Assembly: GCF_009914755.1 (NCBI RefSeq)
Contig: NC_060927.1
DNA length: 64,000 nt
Origin: the human T2T-CHM13v2.0 reference genome, Homo sapiens
Strand: one strand, 5' to 3'
A model generated the notes under the pieces. The model was given only the letters and a program-made list of their open reading frames with translations, was not told the origin of the DNA and did not search any database. This document shows, one piece after another, positions 53,787 to 64,000 of the stretch. The position numbers were made by a program, and so were the translations under genes. Position 1 is the stretch's first letter. Each line of letters begins with the position of its first letter.

Positions 53787-54089
53787 GTGAGGCTAATAGA
53801 AGAGAGAACATTTAAACCTTGGTCTAGGTCTGAATTGCATCCTATCACCAAATACTTTCCTGACCACAGAAAGGAAAGGGAAAGGTTTGTTGAACAATTT
53901 AGAATCATTCTAGGTGCATACTTTCTGGGATTCCGTGATTTAAATCAACTTATCTGCCTGTTGGTTGGGCCTGGAAATGCCTCCCTTTGCTTTGAAAAAG
54001 CTAAATGGACCACTATTTCTGATGAACCTCAGTTCCTTCCTTGGGTGCACAAGGGTCTCAGGCTACCCCTGATACCCCGAGGGAAGTAA
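53787..54089 (+). pseudogene. ERV gag capsid-like remnant
   Basis: FKPWSRSELHPITKYFPDHRKERERFVEQFRIILGAY..GFRDLNQLICLLVGPGNA resembles ERV1 gag. Surrounded by stops. Confidence 0.6.
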
Positions 54090-55411
54090 GAAATTACTAG
54101 GAGCCATCCATCAAATCTCTCCCATTAAAATTGATTGGTCACATATCTAACATTGTAAATAACAAACTGATGAAACTGTGGCTATCACCATCAATTAAAG
54201 ACAACATGGAAAGAGAATTCAGGGGTGGAACTGACTTTCCAAACAGCCTCTGCTCAGGCCATGCAATCTTTGTAAATAGTTTCAGGCCAGACCTCCATGA
54301 CACATTACAGAAAAATAATATTAATTAACAAAATGTATACACGTCTAGGCTCCAGACATTAGCCCAATAATATGAAAATAGTATTTCAAAAACATTGGAA
54401 AATATACAATGTAAGCTTGTGGCACTGCAGTTAAAACAACTGGAAAAACCTGAAATTTTTAACTCACAGCAAGCTCCACAATGGAAGGCTCCCATTGATC
54501 TCAACAATGTGCTGATATCGTGAGGAAAAAAGACACTGGGCCTGGAATTGCCCAATGCTCAAGAGGAGGGAAAAACCCAAGTCCCCCTCCTCACCAGAGA
54601 ACTGTCTATTTTCCTCCAGAGAAGCAAATGTCCCAATGCCCTCAACTACTACTAAACTTGCATGAAGAAATAATGCTACAAGTTAAAGGGCCTCCACGTC
54701 TCTCATCGATACCAGGACAACACATTCTACCCTCAACGTGACCTCACTTCCTGCCCCCTTCCCCACAGTCACCAAACTTTACCAGTGGTGGGTTTTGATG
54801 CTTTGCCCCCAGCTCATCCTCATATCTCTAAGGGACCTCTTAAAGGTCAACATAATTTTCTACTCAGCTCCACTACCCCAGTAAACTTGTGTGGAAAGTA
54901 TCTTCTCATGAATGGAGGTACAAAAATTCCTGCTGGACTGCTTCTACCCACCCCTGAGTCTTCCTCTTCATGTCTATGTCCCCTAATGGTTTTGTCTGAC
55001 TTCCCCTAAGCAGAGAGTTCCTTTGCCCACTTCAACCTATCTACTTAAATAAAGATTTAAGCAAACTATTAAAATTATCTAAGGTATATGCGATACAGAA
55101 CCCATATAAGGTAGAAACAGATCCTTCCAAGCCTCTCCCCAGGATTCCCCAATATCGTTTAAAACCACAAGGACTAGCAGTTGCTCTCCCTGATAATGAG
55201 AGGCTTATTAGACATAAGACCCCACTTCTAATCCATGCATTACTCCCATTTGGCTATTAAAAAGTCAAGTGAGAAAGGATATCAGTTCCTTCCTGGGATC
55301 TATCAATTACACTGTCAAATCAAGATTTCCCTTGGTGCCTAATCCTAACACTATCTGTCTGTTATCTCTTCCAACATGCAATATTTCATGGTGATTCATT
55401 TGTGTTCTGCC

Positions 55412-55706
55412 TTTTTTTTTTTTTTTGAGACAGAGTCTCACTCTGTCGCCCAGGCTGGAGTACAGTGGCTTGATCTCAGCTCACTGAAAGCTCTGCCTCC
55501 CAGGTTCACGCCATTCTCCTACCTCAGCCTCCCAAGTAGCTGGGACTACAGGCATCCACCACCACGCCCAGCTAATTTTTTGTATTTTTAGTAGAGACGG
55601 GGTTTCACCATGTTAGCCAAGATGGTCTCGATCTCCTGACCTTGTGATCAGCCTGCCTCAGCCTCCCAAAGTGCTGAAATTACAGGCATGAGCCACCGCT
55701 CTCGGC
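55412..55706 (-). mobile_element. AluY-like inserted in the ERV pol region
   Basis: TSD tgtgttctgcctttt at 55401-55415 and 55707-55721. Interrupts the RT-like motif [11 protein letters not shown]. Confidence 0.92.
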
Positions 55707-58700
55707 TGTGTTCTGCCTTTTATAATATTCCCCTCATAAAGAATCTCACTACTTTGCCTTCACCTGGGAAAATAAACAATACACCTGGACTGTTATGCCC
55801 CAACGATTTACTATGGCCCTACATATTTCTCATGAACCTATTTGATGGACTTAAAATTCCCAGAAGACTCCACTGTAATCCAATATGTAAATGACCTCTT
55901 TCTATGCACTTTCAGTTATGACAACTCCCTTTAGGACACTGAATACTTTAAGGCAATGGCAAGAAAAGACCACAAAGTTTCTAGAGGAAAAGTTTAATTA
56001 TTCTGTGTGTTCAATATCTGGGTCATGGTATTTCAGCTGCAGGTAAAATTATCTTCACAGGCAGAGCTTCTACTATTCATCATTTTCCTCTTCCTGAAAC
56101 AAAATAACAGAGGTTTTTGGATCTTGTGGGCTATTGTAGGATGTGGGTACCTAATTTCTCATAGACTGATGATTGCCTTTAAGGTTCACAGCCTTCACTA
56201 TGACTTTTCCTCATCTGAGATTAGTCTTCTCTTACATTTTTCTGTCCCTAAATTTAGGAGCTCCTTGTTCTCGCCCAGCTCTGCCTTTTCCTTATCTGTT
56301 AGCAAGACTATTCATCCACAGAGCCTTTGGCAAGCCTGGGCTGGACTAGTCACCACTTCCCATAACGCCACAGACTGAGGGTACTGTGCTTCCTTTCCTG
56401 TGGGCACATCTGGCATTTCCAAGATTCCTGTGAGAAATCAGAATTCCTATTTTGCTATACCTTCCCTCTCTTTTCTTACACCATTTTAAACCAGACAAAT
56501 ACCCATTGTGAGAAAAACCTCTGAATATGCTCCAGTCTATCCTTGCAAGGGTCATGTCCACTCGCATCATAATTTTACCATCAATTCTTTTCTGGGAACA
56601 AGCATTTGTCATTACACTTCTCCAGCCATCATTAAATGTAACATAATGCCTCCAAGCCACTACAGGTTCCTGGACATCTCTCATACGAATGGAAATGTCC
56701 CCACTTCCCCTCTCAGCCTAATTTCTCTCACCCAACCCAACCACACACAGACCACCTCCAAAAAATCCTTTCTCAATCATCGAAATGTTTATTCTTTGGT
56801 CACCTTCAGCCATCAGATAATTATCTTATGACTCCAGGCTAGCGCTCAATGATTCTTATTCTGTCTGTGGAACTCAAACCTATTAGCTGTTACCAGCCAA
56901 CTGGAATGGATCTTGCTACCTCTCTAATCTTACTAATCCCTTCATCTACTTGATTCCCCACAATTTCTTTCCTTTTTTAAAGTTATCTCTAAAACAATCA
57001 CCCACTCCCTCCAGTTGACCTCACTCTCACTATGAGAGCAAAAGAGGTATCCAGAACATTGCAGGTCTGTTGTAGGTGATCTTGGTTACTCAGGTGGTGA
57101 CTTAGAAAGAACAGCTACACGAACTGGGCATAAGTTCTACCCATGATCTCAAGACATTAAGAAGTCTCAACAGATGGTTCAGCTCGTCTTTACTGAAAAG
57201 GAACTGAACACAAGATGGACTTAGATTGCTGAGAGAAGAGAATAATGCTTATTTCCTCAAACAAAAGGAGCAACTGACAAGATGCCTTCCTTGGCCAAAC
57301 TTAAGTCAGGCTCCTTGGAATCCTCTTCTCAACTAGACCTTAATCTTTGGTTTCAATTTTGCATAGCACAGTTGTAGTAAGAATCTTGCAGTCAGTTTAG
57401 AGAGAATCCCCTACCCTCACTATCTGTTCACCTTCAATATTTGATCACCCTCAGTATCTAATCAAATTCCGCATCCCTGCACTCTCCAACACCCGCCTTG
57501 GTATCTCAATACTCAGCCTGTCTTGAGCAAGAATCATTTTAGGTTGGCTTAACCACAATCTCCCCACTCCTTAAGTTTCTTTCATCTCCGTAATTTTTCA
57601 TCCATTAATGCCATCTTGCTCTTTGGCTATAAATCCCCATTGGTCTATGCTGTATTCAGAATTGAACCCTGTTCTATACTAAGGTCTCTCTTCCCCTATT
57701 ACAGTAGTTCCTGAATACAATCTGTTTTTACCACTTTAACTAGTGTAATGTACAGCTCCGCTTTTCTGTAAAAAATAGTAAGCACTCAATACTTTAGAGT
57801 TACTAACATTACCAAGGTTGTCAGTTTTACTATTAACTAGGAAAAGCTATCTTGAGTAGGTCAGACCCGGTGTGTTGTTTAATATTACTTAAATTACTTA
57901 CGTTTTGCCTCCAGCTTCTTCATTAGAAAAACCTGCATCTAGTTACTGTCTCTAACTCCTCATTGGAGCTTAAAAAAATCAGTTAAGCAATTTGAAGTCT
58001 GTAACACAGCTGGAAAACATTGCTTTTGTTATTCTAATTCAGCCAATTACCTCCTATGGTGTATTAAATATTCCTTTTTCTGCTCTGTAAGAGTTAATTC
58101 ATTTCTCATCGGTGAGAACTTTTCACAGGCTTGTGAAGCAGCAAGGTGTTACAGAGATAACACAGATTTTGGTTCTAACTCTGCCACCTACTAGCTGAAT
58201 TATGTTAGGCAATTATAGGTTACCTCAGTCTCTTTGTAGACTAAACTGTAAGAATGTATTATATGCTACAATTATGTGTATAAAATTTGTAGAAACTAGT
58301 TTGTGCCATTTTTGAAAGGTGAAATTTATAAAATAGTTCATTTTATAATCAAATATATCTCTGAAGACTCCTGGGAGTTCCCCTGAAAAGGTGTTAAAAA
58401 TTGTAAAAATTTCACCTATTATGAAGGTTCCATCCAAAAAAGCAGGACACATGTTCTTCATCTTCATTTCTTAATCTCTTCCCCTGAAGTCATGGAGAAC
58501 ATTTTCAGTTCTGGACTCCAGAGTATACAGAATTTCTTTCTCAAATTTCCCGTGGGGCAAGGTCAAGACACAGTTTTAAAATTTTCATCGACCACATTGT
58601 TTTCAGAAAATGGAAAGGAAATAGTGAAATGCCAAAAATCCATAGAATAAGTATTAAATAGAATAACCTTATGTAAACTGATGTGGCCACTCATTAAGCA

Positions 58701-59299
58701 GAACACTTTCAGTGATGTCAATAGATCAAAAGAAAGGTCAGCTGTGTATCAAAGGCTCTGCCATAATCATCAGAGGAAAATGGAGAGCTATCTGTTCAGG
58801 AATACTGGAGGTAGGCTGGCTAGTGGGTTTGTTTCATCTTTTTCACTATACCCAAATAGACTCAGAAAACAAGATTTGAGGGCTATTTGTCACCTGGGGC
58901 TCTGTGATTTGCATCATTCTAACTATATCTATTATATTCAGTCAGATATTTAATAAATAAAATTTCTAAATTCCTAATGGGGAATTGCGTACAAATGCAC
59001 TACTGTTATTAGCAAAAAGAAAAAGAAAAACAAAAACAAAAACAAAAAAAACCAGGGTAACACTTAGTGATGTTTCAACAACAGTAGCTTACATTTCTAC
59101 AGATCTTTAGTGTTTAACAAGATGATTCTTCCTGGACTTTTCACTAACTGTAAGGTATGCAAATTAGATATCTGTATTTTATAAATGAGGAAACTAAGGT
59201 TTCCAGAAGTCAAGTGGATAGTTATTTCAGTTACTTAATGGGAAACCTGAAATTAAAATCCTAGTCTTCTACATTCTAGAAAATATTATAAAATTATAA

Positions 59300-59936
59300 T
59301 ATTGGTGGGACTGTAAACTAGTTCGACCATTGTGGAAGTCAGTGTGGCGATTCCTCAGGGATCTAGAACTAGAAATACCATTTGACCCAGCCATCCTATT
59401 ACTGGGTATATACCCAAAGGACTATAAATCATGCTGCTATAAGGACACATGCACACATATGTTTATTGCGGCACTATTCACAATAGCAAAGACTTGGAAC
59501 CAACCCAAATGTCCAACCCAAATGTCCAACAATGATAGACTGGATTAAGAAAATGTGGCACATATACACCATGGAATACTATGCAGCCATAAAAAATGAT
59601 GAGTTCATGTCCTTTGTAGGGACATGGATGAAATTGGAAACCATCAGTCTCAGTAAACTATCGCAAGAACAAAAAACCAAACACCGCATATTCTCACTCA
59701 TAGGTGGGAATTGAACAGTGAGAACACATGGACACAGGAAGGGGAACATCACACTCTGGGGACTGTTGTGGGGTGGGGGGAGTGGGGAGGGATAGCACTG
59801 GGAGATATACCTAATGCTAGATGATGAGTTAGTGGGTGCAGTGCACCAGCATGTCACATGTATACATATGTAACAAACCTGCACATTGTGCACATGTACC
59901 CTAAAACTTAAAGTATAATAATAATAATAATAATAA
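59300..59936 (+). mobile_element. 5'-truncated L1 (about L1PA3) 3' end with (TAA)n tail
   Basis: ORF2p C-terminus and 3'UTR. 22-bp TSD AGAAAATATTATAAAATTATAA at 59278-59299 and 59937-59958. Confidence 0.93.
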
Positions 59937-60595
59937 AGAAAATATTATAAAATTATAAATGGAGAAAAGAAATAAACACATATAACCAACTATCAGTTAT
60001 CCATTCAACTACAGGTTGCTTCCCCACTGTCACTCAGTTGCTTCAAGGGTCATCTGAAAGTCGCACTGAACCACAGTTAAACAAAATGTTTCTGATTTCA
60101 ATGAAAACCAGAGAAAAATTATCTACTATCTAAAGAAATAGTAACTCTAACAAGTCACTCATATTATTTATCCAGTTTCTAATTTAACAGAACTTTAGAA
60201 TAATAAAATATGGCAAACTTGAAGTTAAAAGTCTGAACTAAAAAATATTAAATAGTGTTTCAGTATGCTTTCAAATGGCCAGTTTTCTTCACATTCCAAC
60301 TTCCTATAATTATCAAGTTGAGGACACGACAAGGAACTGAAGTACAAAATCAGAGAAAAGGAAGTATACAAATGGAGAGGAAAGGATATAGAACACGCCA
60401 TTGCTTATTAAACTAGCAACTTGATCTGGAGCCTTAGCAAATTTAGTTTTCTTACCAGTTAGAATTAGGATTTAAAAGCTGGAACAGGCTTCAGACCTTA
60501 CCTAGTGCAGCCATTATTTGATAGTAAAACAAGGAACAGAGGGTCTAACCCTAAGTTGCAGTTTCTAAGTGAGTTAGGAAAAAAACCTTTCTAAC

Positions 60596-60770
60596 AGGCA
60601 TGGTGGCTCCCACCTGTAATCCCAGCACTTTGGGAGGCTGAGGCAGGAGAACTGCTTGAGTCCAGGAGTTTGAGACCAGCCTGGGCAACATAGTGAGACA
60701 AAAAATTTAAAAAATTAGCTAGGCATGTTGCCCCATGCCTGTAGTCCCAGCTACATGGGATGCTGGTCTG
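60596..60770 (+). mobile_element. Truncated AluJ
   Basis: ggcatggtggctcccacctgtaatcccagcac ... gtagtcccagctac. Confidence 0.85.
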
Positions 60771-61895
60771 GAAGGCCTTAGACCCTGCGTTGCCTAGTTC
60801 ATGCGCCTCTTGTTCACTTCTTTAAACCCTGTGTGTAGCACAAAACCTAGCAAATTGCAGCTGCTCAATGAATGTTTACTTGGCTGAACTGTTAGGAATC
60901 TTTTTTGGACTGTATGTTCATAGGGTCATCCCCACCAGAGGACTGAAAGCTAATCTTATGACATATTTCTCTGTTAACTTTCAGTGCCAAAAAAAGATTT
61001 AGCAAGTAAGTTCCTGCCCCTAAATACTATAACTTAGCATACTATTTAAATAGAGGCCTTCAACAGTTCAACCTGGAGGAAATGGTCAGGGGGAGTTCTA
61101 CGGGAGATAATTTTCATCAGCTATCTGTTCAGACAGGTATGCCTACTATTAACGATATATTAATGATAAAATTTTCACCCTTGTTTTAGAAAAATCTGCT
61201 TTATTCATTGATATGAATGCCACTGATGTAACAGCAATGAAAATTTATTAAACTTCCAAATATAATTTGCCAAAATTTGAGATAGAAACCACAGACAACC
61301 CTTCACTTAGGAAGTAAAACATTTACTAATCACATACTTCTAGCCTAAAAGACTAGATTTAGTAATCCTTAAAAGGTGGTCAATTTAGTCTCTACCTCAG
61401 TAGCAGAAAAGGAGCCAACATAAAACAAGTATCACCAGAAAACCACAGGAGTACGCCGAGTGATGTAGAATTTGCTAGTCCCAGATAGTTGGCTCAGCTT
61501 GAATAAATGGTCTTTTCACTCCACAGAAACAAGAAAACTGAAAACATCATCCAATACTGCATTCAGAGACTGCACAATTAGCTGATCAGAGCTAATCTAG
61601 AGAGAAGCTGCCTTTTCTTCACAGAAACAAGAATTATGATTTTTAAAAATGTTTTGAGGAATTAAATGCAAATTTATTTCACTTTTACTAGATTAGTTTC
61701 ACCCTATTTACTTATTTTCCCAGATTTATTTTCCGTCCCCACCTCCCTTTTTTTTTTTTTTTGCTTTCATAGTTGTTTTTTTAGAACTCATTATCTGGCC
61801 ACTTTACTCAACAGTGAATATTTTCAAGTATTGACTATTTTGATAGAATTTTTAAAATCTAACTTGATCATCAAAAAGATGTCTAAAGATACTAC

Positions 61896-62393
61896 AGATG
61901 GGGTTCAAAACATGTTATTCCAAAATATGGCACTTTGGCATTTCAGGAAATAGCAAAAGCAGAAAAATCACTCTCATTATCCCCTCGACCCTTCTCCCCT
62001 AAAGCAGGTTATAAAACCTAGAAAGAATTCTTTGACCTCTCTTCTCAGTAAGAACTTCATTCCAGAGATGCCCTGGAGGAAAGAAATGTCCTTATCACTG
62101 AAGACACAGGGATACAGAGAAGAATGTGAACAAATAGGCCTTGCAAGCTTCTCCCCAGTTTATTAGATTATATCCCTTTTATCTTATCATACTTCCCTAT
62201 GACCACTTTTCATCAAACTAAGCATAAAAAGTTTTTCCTGTTTGAGTTTTCATATCCTTATGAAGGTTCCCATGTTATATAAAACCCATATGAAATAAAT
62301 TTGTATGCATTTCTCTTATTAATCTGTCTTTTGCTATAGGACCTCAGCCATGAACCTGAAGATGGGTAAGGAAAAAATCTTTTCTCGCCTACA
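61896..62393 (+). mobile_element. MER39/MER34-like ERV1 solo LTR
   Basis: gatggggttcaaaacatgttattccaaaatatggcactttggcatt ... tttctcgcctaca. 4-bp TSD CTAC at 61892-61895 and 62394-62397. Confidence 0.75.
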
Positions 62394-62464
62394 CTACTCA
62401 TAACCTCGTAAAACTATTATGTGCAATGAGTCTAAGGTTTTTAAACTTTCAATTAATTAACTAA

Positions 62465-62595
62465 TTTTATTTTTTGTAAACAGGAGATCTTGCTATGATG
62501 CCGGGGCAGGTCTCAAATTCCTGGCCTCAAGCAACCCTCTGTCCTGGGCCTCTCAAAGGCATGAGGCCTTTGAGCCTCATTGAGATTACAGGCAA
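62465..62595 (-). mobile_element. FLAM/Alu monomer, diverged
   Basis: gatcttgctatgatgccggggcaggtctcaaattcctggcctcaagc ... gagattacaggc. Confidence 0.65.
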
Positions 62596-63599
62596 AGTCT
62601 AGGGTTTTGAAGAGCTACCAAGAAGACTGCAAAATATAACTCCTTAATCCTATGAATGTTAAGAAAAACAATATTTTTATATAAACATTTAAATATTTTT
62701 ATATATTGATATATTTCAATATGTTTCTGGGTGCATAAAGGTTTAGGATTGCCTTATATTAGTAGACTATACCTTTTATCACATATAAAAATATAACTTT
62801 GTCCATTTTAATACTTTTCTCCTTGTACTGCATTTTGTATAACATTGTCACTCCAAGTTTCTTTTAAATTCCCCTTGCTTTTATCTGCACCCTCCCTCCC
62901 CATGCCCACCTTTATTTTCAATCTTTCTGTGTCAGGACAACTTAAATAAGCAGCAAATGGGCAATTGGTTACCCAGGGCTACCCTCTAGTGGTTACTCAT
63001 AGCATATTAAAATATACCTTTTTCTGTCAATGTCAAAATTAATCAAACTTTGCAAAAAAAACAAGATCTTTAGCACACTTCTACTTACACTGTTAATTAT
63101 CAGATTAGCTCCAGAATAACTCTTAAACTAAATTGCTGAAGGATTAAATTATTTTCACAAAGTCACAACAATATCCTGAGATGTTTCACTTATTAGATTA
63201 CATGTTATCTTCTAGTCATCTAAGCATTACTACATAACGGACAACCGAAAGAACAAAATTGCATAAAATTTTTAAAGCTAGCAATAAATAATAGAAGACT
63301 ATAACGTGCCTTGAAATGACAAATGTGATGAGATGAAGTTTTAATTTACTGTGACAAGCCAGACTGTTCCTGTACAATTTCAAGGACAAAGAAAACATGG
63401 ATCTATAAGCCTCCTGTTGTAGGCAAGGGTTTGTTTCTTTTCTAAAGGTCAGGAGCCAATAGTTCACACTTGGTGAGACTAAATTCCCTAAGGGCTGCCT
63501 CTGAAGGAGATCAAGAGAGAAATGTATTAAAAAAAAAAAAAACTGTATCAAGAATTAGAAAAAACGTATGTTAGCTGACAGATGGCTAATTTATTTTTT

Positions 63600-64000
63600 T
63601 AAGAGAATTTACAAGACTTTTTGGAGATGTGGTTGATTCAGGACTGAGGCAGGGAAAATACAAGATGAGTCTGAAGCATCTTGTGGTGCTAGAGAGGATG
63701 TGCTCAAAAGAAGGAAGGAGGTGTGTCAAGAAAGCAAGGGAACCAACCCGAAAGAGCTCCCAGTGGCCAAAGCTGAACATTTTGGACAACAAAATCAACA
63801 ACAAAGACTGGATTATAACCCATAGAATGAAATACATATCCATGAATGTGCACCAACATAAATAACTGAATACATAAATAAATGGGGAGAAAGGACAGTT
63901 TTTCCTTATAGAAACATTCCAATAATAAATGTAGATGGAATAGGGGAAATAGAAAATAACCTTTAGAGCATCTTAGTGATGATACTTGCAGGCAAGATCC
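63600..64000 (+). mobile_element. L1MC/MD-like fragment
   Basis: ggactgaggcagggaaaatacaagatgagtctgaagcatcttgtggtgc ... ggccaaagctgaaca resembles old L1M 3' regions. Confidence 0.55.

Larger units (their letters stand above)
52309..57774 (+). mobile_element. Decayed ERV1-class provirus with two LTRs (MER31-like LTR-int-LTR), inserted in a MIR
   Basis: Related LTRs at 52309-52791 (tgataaaatgctctccttgaccaaactttagtcaggctc...ttaaca) and 57275-57774 (tgacaagatgccttccttggccaaacttaagtcaggctc). Gag-, protease- and RT-like remnants inside. 4-bp TSD acag/atag. The flanks rejoin as a MIR-like sequence (cctgcacacag|taagcactcaata). Confidence 0.85.

Noticed and set aside
56007-56831. ORFs of 107-123 aa inside the provirus as intact env or accessory genes
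   Set aside because: They are short, lack recognisable env motifs, and sit in a heavily decayed element.

Overview
Primate (very probably human) DNA that is mostly intronic and rich in repeats. It holds three minus-strand exons of the DNA primase large subunit gene PRIM2 (p58). They match exons 11, 12 and 13 (residues 341-433) and include the [4Fe-4S] ligands C367, C384 and C424; all splice sites are intact AG/GT. Compared with canonical human PRIM2 as I recall it, the exon 11 copy has three clustered missense changes (D342G, Y345C, R350C). That points to a segmentally duplicated, pericentromeric PRIM2 paralogue or pseudogene rather than the canonical gene. The rest is L1, Alu, LTR/ERV (a two-LTR MER31-type provirus, MER21, MER39-like, THE1, MST, MLT1) and hAT MER elements. 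The notable structures are: a young L1PA2-like insertion with a twin-priming inversion and a ~122-bp 3' transduction, nested in an Alu target-site duplication; a 215-bp, 98.6%-identical inverted copy of a MER21 segment; and a nearby 74-bp templated Alu copy. The last two suggest local template switching. I found no new biological system, RNA gene or CRISPR array. Repeat subfamily names come from recalled consensus motifs, not from a database search.
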